This document shows positions 11,595 through 24,569 of a DNA stretch of 64,000 bases, piece by piece. Each line of letters begins with the position of its first letter. Positions within the stretch are counted from its first letter, which is position 1. This DNA comes from Mobula hypostoma (lineage: Eukaryota), in the NCBI RefSeq assembly GCF_963921235.1, contig NC_086119.1, positions 8,308,001 through 8,372,000 on the forward strand, written 5' to 3'. The notes beneath the pieces were generated by a model, which did not search any database, was not told where the DNA came from, and saw only the letters and a list, made by a program, of their open reading frames with translations. A program made the position numbers and the translations under genes.

Positions 11595-14500
11595 AGACAT
11601 AGAAAATAGGTGCAGGAGTAGGGCATTTGGCCCTTCGAGCCTGCACCACATGACTGATTATCCAACTCAGAACCCTGTACCAGCCTTCCCTCCATACCCC
11701 CGATCCCTTTAGCCACAAGGGCCATATCTAACTCCCTCTTAAATATAGCCAATGAACTGGCCTCAACTGTTTCCTGTGGCAGAGAATTCCACAGATTCAC
11801 CACCCTCTGTGTGAAGAAGTTTTTCCTAATCTTGGTCCTAAAAGGCTTCCCCTTTATCCTCAAACTGTGACCTCTCGTTCATAAATACAGAAATAGGCAT
11901 TCGAGTTCACAGCAACCTTTGGCCACCCATTTACAGTGTTCCTACATTAATTTCATTCTTCATTCTTCCCCACATTCTGTTCAGTTCCCCCAGATTACCA
12001 CTGACCTACACACTAGTGATAATTTAAATCAGCCAATAAACCTCCCGTCCACATGAAACTGGAGCTCCTGGAGGAATCTCACATGGTTACAGAGGGAACG
12101 TGCAAACTGAAGGTACCCGAGGTTGGGTCTGAACCCAGAGCTCTGGTGCTGTAAGCCAGCAGCTGTTCATAATGACAACAGAGCCCTGAAAGGAAAGGGG
12201 GCCAGTAAATCCTGTTCCCCAATCAGATTTTCAAAATAATTTAGCAGAATGTCTCATCACTGAAGCTTTCAAACAAATACTGAGACTTTGCTTGATTTGT
12301 GATGAAATAGACTGTCATGGGTGAGCCTAGGACCAGAGGGCACAGCCTCAGATGAGAGGGACATCCATTTAGAACAGACAAGTGGAGGAATTTCTTTAGC
12401 CAGAGGGTAGTGAATCTGTGGAATTCATTGCCACAGGGAACTGTGGAGGCCAAGTCATTAAGTATACTTAAAGCAGAGACTGATAGGTTCTTGATTAGTC
12501 AGGATGTCAAAGATTATGAGGAGGAGACAGGAGAATGGGGTTGAAAGGGATAATAAATCAGCCATGATAGAATGACAGAGAAGACTCAATGGGCTGAATG
12601 GCCTAATTCTGCATCTATTCCTTATGGTCTATACCAGACCCCTCATATACGGTCAAAGTATTGGCACACCACTTGTGGCATAATAGTTGTAAAGAAAGTG
12701 CGTTGTCCATCTTCTCCGAGAATGCATCATAGTCAGAAAGGACTGTAATGACATATGGTATTTGTCTAGAACATCTGCATAATATAGGACTACATGTTGT
12801 ATGGGCTGATTCCAGAGATCAATTTAGGATCATTAGCAATGTGAAGGACAGAAGGATCTTGGGGTCCATGCCCATAGATCCCTCGAAGTTGCTGCACAAA
12901 CTGATAGGGTGATTAAGAAGGTATTTGGTGTGTTGGTCTTCATTAGTCAGGGGACTGAATTCAAGAGCCATGAGGTAATATTGCAGCTCTATAAAACTCT
13001 GGTTAGACCACACTTGGGAGTATTGTGTTCAGTTTTGGTTGCCTCATTGTAGGAAGGATGTGGAAGCTTTAGAGAGGGTGCAGAGGACATTTACCAGGAT
13101 GCTGCTGGAATAGACAGCATATCTTATGAGGAAAGGTTAAGCGAGCTCATGCTTTTCTCTTTGGAGCAAAGGAGGATGAAAGGTGATTTGATAGAGGTGT
13201 ATAAGATGATAAGAAGCACTGATAGAGTGGGCTGCCAGTGCCTTTTTCCCAGAGCGGAAATAGGCATAATTTAAAACTGATTGGAGGAATGTTTTGGGGG
13301 GGATGTCAGAGGTAAGTTTTTATACAGAGGGTGGTAGGTACAAGGAACATGCTGCCAGGGGTAGTGGTAGAGGCAGATACATTGGAGACACTTAATAGAC
13401 ATTTAGATACGCATGTGCATGATAGAAAAATGAAGGCCTATGCAGGAGGGAAGTGTTGGGTTGATCTTGGAGTAGGTTAAATAGTTGGCACAACATCATG
13501 GGCAGAAGGGCCTGTACTGTGCTGTTTTATTCTATGTTCTGTGTTTATTGCAATGAAGGATGCTTTTTGATCTGCCTTAAACTTGATGCTCTAATGCAAG
13601 TCCACTGGAGGCCAGAAGCCTGTAGGTGGCTGGGGGTTTGGAGGTCTCTCTGTTTGTGAGTGGGTGGATGGGAGGAAGAAAAGGTCAAGCTTCAAAGTTT
13701 GTTTTCCAATGGTTAGGTGTTGTTGCTGCCTGCTTTGTTCTGCTGAACATTGTGGGCATGCTCTGTTGGTGCTGGAATGTGTGGTGACATGTGCAGACTA
13801 GCACATCCTTAGATTGTGTTGGTTGTTGATGCAAACATTGCATTTCATTGTATGTTTTGATATACATGTGATAAACAAATTAATCTGAAATCAGAATCTA
13901 CATCCAGGACCACATGCTTATTTATTGAAACTGGGTGCAACCATTACAAAGGCTACGGTTTAAGGACCCCCTACCCCACTCACCATCACACACACTAATT
14001 AGCTAGAATCTGTGTTAAAATACATGAACTATTTGTCAAGGGCTGTATGTAGATGATAATTGTTTGTGAACACCTGCCAGCCTGTTTATATCAGTCAGGT
14101 CCAGACAGGACTTCCAGAGAAAGTGAAATCATGTGAACAGCAGGGCCCTGGGAAGTGTTGTAGAACAGAGAGACCCTGAAATTGGAAGCACAGGTAGACA
14201 GGATGGTGAAGGCAACATTTGGGATGTTGGCCAACATATGTTAAAGCACTAAGTATAAAAGTTGGGAGGTCTTGGTGTGGTTGTTCAGGCTGCTGGTGAG
14301 GCTGCACTTGGAGTTTTGTGTTCAGTTTGGTCACTCTGCTATAAGAAAGATGTTATTAAACTGGAAAGAGTGCAGTGAAGAATGACAAGGATACTGCCAG
14401 GACTTGAGAAACTAAGTTATAGGGAGAAGATGGTCAAGCTAGGACACTATTGCCTGGGGTAAAAGAGGGCAAGAGGTGTATAATATCATGAAGGGCACAA

Positions 14501-15330
14501 CTAGGGTGAATGTACTTTGTCTCTTCACCAAGAGTTTAACTATCAAGAACTTGAAGGCAGAGGTTTAAGGTGAGAAGGGAAAGATTTTAAGAGGAGCTTG
14601 AGGGGCAACTTTTTTTTATACATTGGGTGGTACCTATGTGGAATCAGCTGTAAGATATAGCTGATTTGGCCCATCAACTCTGCTACGCCATTTAATCATG
14701 GCTGATCCAATTTTCCTCACAGCCCCAATCTCCTGCCTTCTCCCCATATCTCTTCAAGCCCTGACCAATCAAGAATCTATCAACCTCTGCCTTAAATATA
14801 CATAAAGACTTGGTCTCCACAGCTGCCTGTGGCAAAGAATTCCACAGATTCATCAGTTTCTGGCTAAAGAAATTCCTCCTCATCTCAGTTCTAAAAGGAT
14901 GCCCCTCTATTCTGAGGCTATGTCCTCTGGTCTTGGACTCTCCCATCATAAGAAGCGTCCTCTCCACATCCACTGTATCAAGGCCTTTAATCATTTGATA
15001 TATTTCAATGAGGTTACCTCTCATTCTTCTGAATTCTAGTGAATATGGGCCTGGAGCTATCAAATGCTCTTCATATGACAAGCCGTTCAATCCTGGAACT
15101 ATTTTTGTGAATCTCCTTTGAACCCTATCCAGATTCAGCATAACCTTTCTAAGATAAGGGACCCAAAACTGCTCACAATACTCTGTGAGGCCTCACCAGT
15201 GCTTTATAAAGTCTCAACATTACATACTTGCTTTTATATTTTAGTCCTCATGAAATGAATGCAACATTGCATTTGCCTTCCTCACCACAGAGTCAACCTG
15301 CAAATTAACATTTAGGGAATCCTGCATAAC
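11595..15330. mobile_element. Cluster of CR1 3' fragments between the TEX14 and RAD51C promoters (11595-11880 -, 12315-12630 +, 12820-13540 +, 14120-14650 +, 14665-15330 -)
   Basis: Repeated RNFFSQRVVNLWNSLPQ, TRGHSLRI and LYKTLVRPHL motifs with TTCTAT-type tails. Confidence 0.8.
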
Positions 15331-16224
15331 CTCTCCAGCATTGTTTTCCAGCAGCTCAATATCCACTTTCACCTCTCTTTTACACTATCTTTTGAAGAAA
15401 CTTTTGGTACCCTCTTTAATATTATCGGCTAGCTTGCTTTTGTGTTTCGTCTTTACCTTCTTCATGAATTTTTAGTTGCTTTCTGTTGGATTTTAAAAGC
15501 TTCCCAATGCTCTTAACTTCCCACTAATTTTTTTTGCTCTATTATATGCACTCTCTTTGGCTTTTATTTTGGCTTTGATTCCTCTTGTTATTCATGATGG
15601 TGTAATCTTTCCTTTAGAATACTTTTTTGGGATATATATATCTTGTGCCTTTCAAATTGCTTGCAGAAATCTCAGCCATTGCTGCTCTGCTGTCGTCCCT
15701 GCCAGCGTACTTTTCTAATCAAGTATGTGTGTTGCTCTGCAATTTATTGCATGCTTTAGTCAAACTTTTCCTACATCTAATAAAAAGGTAGTAGACCCTA
15801 AAACATTCATTGCTTCTCTCTCCAAGGTGATAAGTTTGACTCCAAATGCAACACCAAATCCTCAGGAGACATAAAAGAGTCTGCAGATGCAGGAAATTTG
15901 GATCAACACACACACAACTGCTGGAAGAAGTCTGCAGGTCAGGCAGCGTCCATGGAGGAAAACAGCCAATGTTTTGGGCTTGGCTCCTTCATCTGGATTG
16001 CGGAGGAAGGGGACAGAAACCAGAATGGGCTGGGAGAAGAACGAGATCTGGCACAGGTGATAGGTGATAGGTGAAACAGGTGAGGGGGGAAGGCAGGAGG
16101 GTTGTGGAGGGCAAGGTTCTAAGCCTGAGAAGCTGGGAAATGATGGGGTGGCGAAAGCAAGGGGCTGAACAGTAGGAATGTGATATCATGGAATAAAGGA
16201 AAGGTGAAGAGCAGGTTACCCTAT

Positions 16225-16409
16225 CGTGACTGCAGCATCCAATGGGTTGAGCCAAAACCCCGTCCTGTGCTGCCCCTTTAAACACCCGCTGTTCCCATAA
16301 ACGGCCGCTAGGTGGTTCCGTGTGCGGGCGGGAAAGCTGCCGGGCCGATCAGTGAAGAAATCACCGGGGATATGGCCGTGCTGAAGTTGCCGGTCTATAC
16401 ACTCTGAAA
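16225..16409 (+). promoter_or_regulatory. RAD51C: RAD51C promoter and 5' UTR
   Basis: CpG-rich. CCAAT at 16239-16243, CHR-like TTTAAA at 16277-16282, CTCF-like GGCCGCTAGGTGG at 16303-16315, E2F site GGCGGGAAA at 16327-16335. Confidence 0.65.
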
Positions 16410-16527
16410 ATGCAGAGGGACCTGGGTAGTTTTCCGCTTCCTCCCGCTCTCAGGGCCAAGCTCATTGCCTGCGGCTTCCAGAGCCCTGAGGACGTGGCCG
16501 CAGTGAGAGCGACCGAGCTCAGTAAAG
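16410..16527 (+). CDS. RAD51C: RAD51C exon 1
   Basis: MQRDLGSFPLPPALRAKLIACGFQSPEDVAAVRATELSK matches human RAD51C from Met10 ([24 protein letters not shown]); donor G|gtacgg; 118 nt. Confidence 0.95.
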
Positions 16528-17263
16528 GTACGGGCCGTGAGCTACCGTAAAGCGTCATGGGCAGCGGCGCAGTCCAGGCAATGGGGGTCGTACCGTAAAT
16601 GTAGAGCACTCTACCGTAAACCATCGAGAATAGGAACAGTAAGACTATGAGAAAGCAAAGTAGCGAGAATGCCCTAAGTCTGATAGCAAATACAAAATCT
16701 TGAAAGCTATTAGTAGATCGGATAACTTGGAGGCCGCTGCACACATGACGTGCTGGAGGACCGGCAAGTCGGGCAACATTTATGGAGGAGAATAAACAAT
16801 CGACGTTTCGGGCCTTATTCGTTGTCCCGATGAAGGGTCTTGTCAACTGTTTATACCTCTCCACATATGCTGCCTGACTCCAGTATTCTGTATTCGTTGC
16901 TGAAGATTTCCAGCATCTGCAGAATTTCTTGTGCATAACTATTTGGGTTATGACCTTTCATTGGTCGTTTCTTGCTTTGGGTGGGAGCATAATATAATAT
17001 ATCTAAAGTATGCGCATCGGCAGTCATATTGATTGATGATTGATCATATTGAGCAACAGAACTGTACCTAAATGAGGCAAACACCGAGTTTTCCTACATA
17101 AACCCACCTAGAGCAAATACGACAATCGATTGAAAGTTGAGCGATGTCATCTGCAAACAAAGAGAACGGCTCTTGTGCGCACTGTACTGGCGGAACAGTA
17201 GCGAGAAGTGTTTCCTGATATTTTTAGGAGTCTTAATCTCTGTTCCTTCTCGTTACTGTGTAG

Positions 17264-17522
17264 AGGTGGGCATCTCCAAAGAGGAGGCGTTGGAGGTCTT
17301 ACAGATCGTGAGGCGCAAGAGCTGCGGAGAGGAATCCCAGCAGAATGCTGGGTTGCCGACTTTTCGGAAATGCACGGCTCTGGAACTGCTGAGGGAGGAG
17401 CACGCTCAGGGCTCCATAGTCACTTTCAGCTCAGCCCTGGATGAAATTCTTGGCGGAGGGGTGCCTGTAGCCAAGGTTACGGAGATCTGCGGGGCTCCTG
17501 GTATCGGTAAAACCCAGCTAAG
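17264..17522 (+). CDS. RAD51C: RAD51C exon 2 (Walker A GAPGIGKT)
   Basis: [15 protein letters not shown]...[50 protein letters not shown]; tgtag| acceptor, AG|gtacaa donor; 259 nt. Confidence 0.97.
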
Positions 17523-19313
17523 GTACAAACCTGCTCATCACCTGTGGAACTCTGTGTGGTATTATTGCAATGTCCTGCAGGAAACTGCTCCTCACGAGTG
17601 TGATTCCACGCTGGTACTCGTGCCATTTTGTAGGAATTGTCCGCTCATTTGTATCTAGTGCTCTTGTTATATTTTGAAATAATCTGTTCCTCACCTCCGT
17701 GTGGCACATTTGCTGTGCCCTGAAAGTGTCGGCATCTGGAAAATCGCGTTTATTGTCATATGAACAAGTGAATGTATGCACAGGCGCACGTATGAACAAC
17801 TTGTATGCAGCAGCATCACAGGCACATCAGATAGATATTTGCAGGAAGAACATGAATTAAGATTAGTTTTAAATATTAGCTTTATTTATCTAATGTACAT
17901 CTAAACATCCATACAGTGAAATGTGTTTATGTTAACGACCAACGTAGTCCGAGGATGTGCTGGGGAAAGCCCACAAATGTCATCATGTTTCCAGTACCAA
18001 CATAGCAGGTCCAGAACTTACTAATGCTAACCTGAGCGTCTTTGGAATGTTGGCGGAAGCTGGAGTGCCTGGAGGAGCCCCACATGGTCATGGGAGAACA
18101 TGAAAGCTCCCGACAGATAATGGTGGGAATTGAACCCCATTGCTGGCACTAAGTGTTGCGCGAACCGCTGTGCTACCGTGCCACATGTAAATTAAACATA
18201 AAATATGCATGCACTTTTTTGTACAAAATATTTGCAAATTCCAAAATTTGAGAGTTAGTTTATCAGCCTCTCCTCAGGTAGAAGGTGATTGTTTTCACCT
18301 GCTTGAACCCAGCTTTTTGGATAGGCCGCTGGTGACTTTCAGCTGGGGTTCAGCTAGGATTTCTGCTTCATGTGGCTCTTGGGTGACTCCTGCGGGTGGG
18401 AGGGGTGAGGGAGACTGTGTTGGCTGGCAGAGCAGTAATCTAGTTCCAAAAGGAACGTTTACCCACGATGATCAGCTAACCAGAAATCACTCTATTCAAT
18501 GACCGACACAGCAGGGAGCAGAGCCTGGGTGAAAGCCAGCAGTGGTGGGGACAACTTGTGTACAGATCATTCAAATTGCACGGACTCCTGCAGCATGGAA
18601 GTATAGTGTAGCTTGTAAGGAGTTTATACGCTCTCCCCATGACCGCATGGGTTTCCTCCGAGTGTTCTGGTTTTCTCCCACAGTCCAAAGACATACTGGT
18701 TGGTAGGTTAATTGGTCATTGTAAATTGTCCCATGATTAGGCTAGTTTTACAGTAAATCAGGGGATTGCTGGGCGGCACGGCTTTACAGCGCCACTGATT
18801 AGAAGCTTCAATTCCCACCACTGTCTCTAAGGAGTTTGTATGTTCTCCCCGTGACTGCATAGGTTTCTCCCAGATGCTCTGGTTTCCTTCTCTGTTGTAG
18901 GCATGCAATGTTAGTGCCGGAAGCATGGTGGCACTTGTGGGCTGCCCCCCCCCAAAGCACATCCTTGTACTGTATCAGTTGTTAATGCAAATGAAGCTTT
19001 TTACTGTATGTTTTGATGTACAAGTGACAAATAAAACTAAGCTTAATTATGTGGCTCTTTGATGACTCTTGCTGGGGAGACTGTATAGTGGCAGGCAGGT
19101 TAGTACTGTACTGTAATCAAAGTCCAAAGGAATGGAGCTTGCATTTACCCACAATGCATAGCAATCTGGAAGTCACTCTATTCAAGGACCAACAGTGCCA
19201 GAATCTTGAAAGAGGCAGAGATGGGATGGAAGTTCACAGTGGTGGGAACAACCCATGTATGATTGCTCAAATTACTGAAACTGCCTCTTCCTGCTTTGTT
19301 CTATGTTGTACAG

Positions 19314-19480
19314 TATCCAACTAGTTGTGGATGCACAGATCCCTGAATGCTTTGGCGGCCAAGGTGGGGAGAGTGTGTTCATCGACACTGAAGGCAGCTT
19401 CATTGTGGAGCGGGTAGCTGCGGTTGCCCAAGCTGCTGTCCACCACTGTCATCTCATCGCCGAGTCTGGTCAGGACGAAG
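19314..19480 (+). CDS. RAD51C: RAD51C exon 3
   Basis: [34 protein letters not shown]...SGQDE; tacag| and |gtaggc; 167 nt. Confidence 0.97.
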
Positions 19481-21380
19481 GTAGGCTGGGGAGGGTCGAG
19501 AGGAGGTCCACAAGAATGATCCTAGAATGAAAGGGTTAAAGTATTAGAAGCATTTGATGGCTCTGGGCCTGCACTCACTGGAGTTTAGAAGAATGGTGGG
19601 GGAGGGGGAGTTTAAATGAAACTTATTGAATATTGAAAAACCTACGTAGTGTGTATGCGTATGTTTCCAATGGTGGGGGAATGTAGGACCAGAGGGCACA
19701 GCCTGAGAGTGCAAGGTTGAACTTTTAGAACAGAGATGAGGAGGAATTTCTTCAGCCAGAAGGTGGTTAATATGTGTAATCTGTGGGTATATTTAAAGTA
19801 GAGGTTGATAGATTCTTGATCAGTAAGGGCATCAAAGGTTACAGGGAGAAGGCAGGAGAATGAGGTTGAAGGGGTAATAAATCAGCTGTAATCGAATGGT
19901 GGAGCAGGCTTGATGGGCTGAATGGCCTGGTTCTGCTCCTATGTTTTATGATGTTATGGTTGGCTGATCAGTAGAGCCATGGCGTAGGAATAAGGCAATG
20001 GGCATTTGCTCATCTTTTGTCCTGCTGTTGGACTTTCCACGGAGCTGCGGTTTGGTGGGCAAAGTCTCGGAATCAAAGTCCTGTCCCAGTCACTTGAGCA
20101 TAAAACGAGAGGTGGGCAACCCCCGGCTTCCCCATGGGAGTGCTGTACTTCCAAAGTCACAGGACGGATGTAGATGATACCTGAGCAACATTTCAAAGAG
20201 GAGGAACAACCCACCCCTGTCTCTTCCCCCTACCCTGGCTGGATGGGTTAAAGGCCCTTTTGTTTCATTGCTACACTATGGGTTTTCTTGTGCAGACTGT
20301 AAAATAAAGACATCAATGGTATGAGGTCTGCCATGTCCAAATTAAGATCCATGACTAGAAAGTAAAAACTTGAAAGATTTTATTAGTTGGGTGATTGAGT
20401 TTAAGGGCCACAAAGTAATGTTACTGCTCTATAAAACTTTGGTTAGACCACACTTGGGATATTTTGTTCTGGTCACCTCATTATAGAAAGGATGTGTAAG
20501 CTTTACAGAGGCTGCAGAAGAGATTGACCAGGATGCTGCCTGCATTAGAAAACTTGTTTTAGGAGAGTGGGTTGAGCGAAGGGCTTTTCTCTTTGGAGTG
20601 AAGGAGGGTGAGGTGTGACATGAGGGGCATCGATAGAGTCAATGCGCTTTCGCATGTTGTTTGACATGAGTTGGCCTTCTGTTGGACTTTCCACACAGCT
20701 GTACTTTGGGGAGCCTCTACCTTTTTCCAGGATGGAAATTGCTAATACAAGGAGAATAATTTTAAGGTGACTAGTGGAAGATTTAGTGGGGGGATGTCAG
20801 AGGGTTACACAGAGAGTGGTGAGTATGTGGAACACACTACTTGTGGTGGTAGAGGCTGATATATTAGGGACATTTAAGAGATTCTTAGATAGGCATATGG
20901 ATCATAGAAAAATGGAGGGCTGCATGGAAGGGAAAGATTAGATTTGTATTGGAGTAGGATGAAAGATTTAGAAACAACATTGTGGGTTGAAGGGCCTGTA
21001 TGGTTCTATGTTCTAATGAATGCAGATCACAGCATCAACCCCAAATAATTTGGACTGATTCGGCTCAGTGTCCTGGAGCCTGTCTGCTGAGAAATACCAC
21101 TAACTGTCCAGGTAATGGGTTTCAGATTCATGAGTCAGTCCAACTGCACATTCGTTCAAGGCACAGATGCACTTCAGATGTCCTGTAACCTGGTACACCA
21201 GTTTTGCTGACGCTGGTCTGATGCCTAGCACGATGCGTGACCCAGGTGCTCTCTGAGTGTGGCCAGCGTCCCGGATCAAGGTAACAGTCAGCCCCAGCTC
21301 TTTGTTGGGTGCCTTGTTGACCACGTTGAGTCGTCCGCAGTACTCCTGTTGTCAGAGAAGATCAGCATTCCGTATCTGGA

Positions 21381-21602
21381 ACACAAGAAAACCTGCAGAT
21401 GCTGGAAATCCAAAGCAACGCACACAAAATGCTGGAGGAACTCAGCAGGCCAGGCAGTATCTATGGAAATGAGTAAACAGTCGATGTTTCGGGCTGAGAC
21501 CCTTCTTCAGGACTCTGCCTTGGCCCGAAATGTTAACTGTTTATTCCTGCCTATAGATGCTGCCTGACCTGCTGACTTCCTCCAGCATTTTATGTGAGTT
21601 GC
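21381..21602. mobile_element. Fold-back Penelope-derived element in RAD51C intron 3
   Basis: Inverted arms of the same repeat; TSD TTCC(G/A)TATCTGGA at 21368-80 and 21603-15. Confidence 0.75.
21478..21514 (-). ncRNA. Minimal hammerhead ribozyme copy, antisense to RAD51C
   Basis: Reverse complement is AGTC-CTGAAGA-A-GGGTCTCAGCCC-GAAAC-ATC-GACTG; stem I AGTC/GACT is intact. Confidence 0.55.
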
Positions 21603-23823
21603 TTCCATATCTGGAGCTGATTGTATTCAGAGACCGTTCGGAGGATGGTAATACCAGGGGCATAATTTTATGGTGATTGGAGGAAAGCATAGGAATGGTA
21701 TTTTTTGGTAGGTTGTTTCAACAGAGAGTGGTGAGTGCATGGAATGCTCTTCCAGGGGTGGTGGTAGAGGCAGATAGGTTATGGACATTTAGAGAGGCAT
21801 ATGGATGATAGCAAAATGGAGGGCTATATGGGAGGGAAGCGTTAGATTGATATTGGAGTAGGTTAAGAAGTTGGCACAACATCACGCCTGTGCTGTAATG
21901 TTCTATTATAATCTGTATCCCAGGACCTTGGTACCAAATGAGCAGATTTTCTGGAATATTGGATGATCCTTCAGTTAATACCCCAGCCCACTTTATTTCA
22001 TATTTTTTTTTGTTATAGACAGTGGTGGGAATTGAATCTTCTAATCAGTAAAGCTGCGCTGCCTAGCAATCCCCCGATTTACTGTAAACCTAGCCTAATC
22101 GCAGGACAATTTACAATGACCAATTAACCTACCAACCAGTATGTCTTTGGACTGTGGCAGAAAACCAGAGCACCAGAGGATCAATTTCAGGGGACAGAGG
22201 ATAGGGAGCTAGCTACTGTTCAGAATCACTTGATGAATTGGTAAGCTAGGCTCCTAGTGTAGTTCTGAGTTCTGTAAAGAGCCTAGATAATGTACTTACC
22301 CTAGCTTTATTTGTTGCATGTATATCAAAATATACAGTGAAATGCATCACTTGTTTCGAAGCTGTGCTTTGGGCAGCCCACCATGCTTCCAGCACTAGCA
22401 TAGCATGCCCTCAACTTACTAACCTGTACATCTTTGGAATGCGAGAGGAAACTAGAGCACCTGGATGAACCCTGTGTGGTCGCAGGGAGAACGTACAAGC
22501 AGAGAGTGGTGGCAATTGAAAACCGATTGCTGATCACTGGTGCTGTAAGGACATGTACAGTGCCTGTTGTTGGCATTCTGCTCATCCTCAATGCCCCAGC
22601 ACGATGATGGTGATTGTCCATCAGATCCTCTCTTTATCCCATGTCCTTTGCAAGGTTGTTGATTGTGGATTTGGAGTTGTGGGGGGGGGGGTGTAATTTT
22701 GTTTCAACGCAGTGAGATTTTAATGTGGAATATGCTGCCTGAGAGGGCAGTGGAAGGAGCTTAAATGGTGGGACTTTCAAAAGAGGTTGCATGTTTGTAA
22801 AAGAAAAATGTGCTATCCTATGGTGAAAGAATGGGAGAAAAGAATTAAAAGAGCAACTCAGAGCCAGCTGAATGGGTTCAGATGCGAAATACTGGTGCAG
22901 AAAGGAATAAACAGTCAGTGTTTCAGGCTGAGACCTTCAAAGTTCAAAAGTAAATTTATTATCAAAGTACATATATGTCACTATATACAGCCCTGAGATT
23001 CATTTTCCTATGGGCATACTCAATAAATCAGTAATAGAATAATAACCATAACACAATCAATGAAAGACCGCTTCTTAAGGTTTTCTTCTGTTGAATGACC
23101 ATGTTGAAACTTTGCTTTCTCTAAAGTCCTTTCACAACTGCAGGATACCCCAATGCACCTCACAACCACTGGAGTACTCGAACAGCAGGGAAACGAGCAT
23201 TCATTTTCCTGAGCTCAAAGACAGTAGTTCTTGAATCTCAAATTTAGCCCTGCTGACCGGGATGTTAGAGGAAACCTGGGATTGGTTTGGTTCTGCTGGT
23301 GGGCCTTACTCTCTGACAAATTGGGAGAAGTGGGGAGGAAGAGGTACTGATCTGCCATGTCTCTCCCCCTCCCCTTCCCTCAATGGATATGCTGTGCATT
23401 AAAAAGACAGCCTCAGAAAAGTCAATACATGCATCCTGAGGTTCTCATACAGAATCATGAGAATTAAGAGACCGTACTTCCTTTGAGTTTAGAAGATTAA
23501 AAATTATTATTAAGATTTCATTCCTCCCACCTTCTTATTTTGGCTCCTGCCCACTTCCTTTCCAGTCCTGATGAAGGGTCTCGGCCCAAAATATCAACTG
23601 TTTATTCCCCTCCATAGCTGCTGAGTTCCTCCAACTTTTTTTTATGTTGCTTGAGAGCCCAGCTTTTTCCTGTGGCAGAAGGAGTCCAGAAAGAGGGATT
23701 GAGAGGCACTTCCATCTCTCCCATGGGAAGGAAGTCAGAACTTTTTGAGGCTCTAGCAAGGGGGGATGGGAGGGAGGTCAAAAACAAATGCCAAAACTGA
23801 GAATGATGGCTTTTGCCCCACAG

Positions 23824-23957
23824 CCCAGCGAGAGGCAGTCGAAGAGTTCTCTGTCTCAAGCATCCTCTCCCGCATTTACTACTTCCGTTGCCATGACTAC
23901 GTAGAGCTACTGGCTCAGGCTCACCTGCTGGATGACTTCCTAGCTGAACATCACAAG
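23824..23957 (+). CDS. RAD51C: RAD51C exon 4
   Basis: [44 protein letters not shown]; cacag| and |gtaagg; 134 nt. Confidence 0.96.
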
Positions 23958-24569
23958 GTAAGGTGTGGTTACCATCCAAATAATTCCTTGCAGATAAAGC
24001 TGTTGGGATTATCTCCTTCCTTGAGTCACTAGTCCTTCTGGCAAAGGCCACCTCTGTGCTGATGGGCAGAGAGTTCCAGGAGTTAGGATGAAGGAATGGA
24101 CAGGGAGATGTAGGTGTCCCTGCTCCTCCAGTGAGGCAGAGATCATGGGCTCAGTAGGTTTGCAGTTTCAAGGGATGAGGCAACGTTATGGAATTTAAAA
24201 GTGCAAACAGGCTGTTCCGTCCTGTGGAGGACAGTGCCAGGGTCTTGGGGCAGCCCAGCATTGGCCATCAGAGACTGGAGGGAGGAGATTCTCACAAAGT
24301 ACCGATGACTCTCAGCATCCACCTTTACAACCTCATCATGAATGGCAGCTTTGAAATAGGGGGAGGTCACTCAGCCCATTGGGTCTGTGGCACCATTTAT
24401 TTCTGCTGAGGTTTACTTGTAGGTCAGCCTTATTGGTGGCAGAATGTGTAGCTATACTTGTGGACTGCCCCCAGCACATCCTTGGGTGTGTTGGTTATTA
24501 ATGCAAACGATGCATTTCCCTATCAAGTGTACATATACTGTACATATAATGCTGGTAGAGAGAGTTTTA

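Noticed and set aside
16361-16936. 191-aa antisense ORF over RAD51C exon 1
   Set aside because: It starts in a repeat, is open because of high GC, and has no recognisable domain.
17137-17658. 173-aa ORF as a stand-alone gene
   Set aside because: It is RAD51C exon 2 plus intronic read-through.
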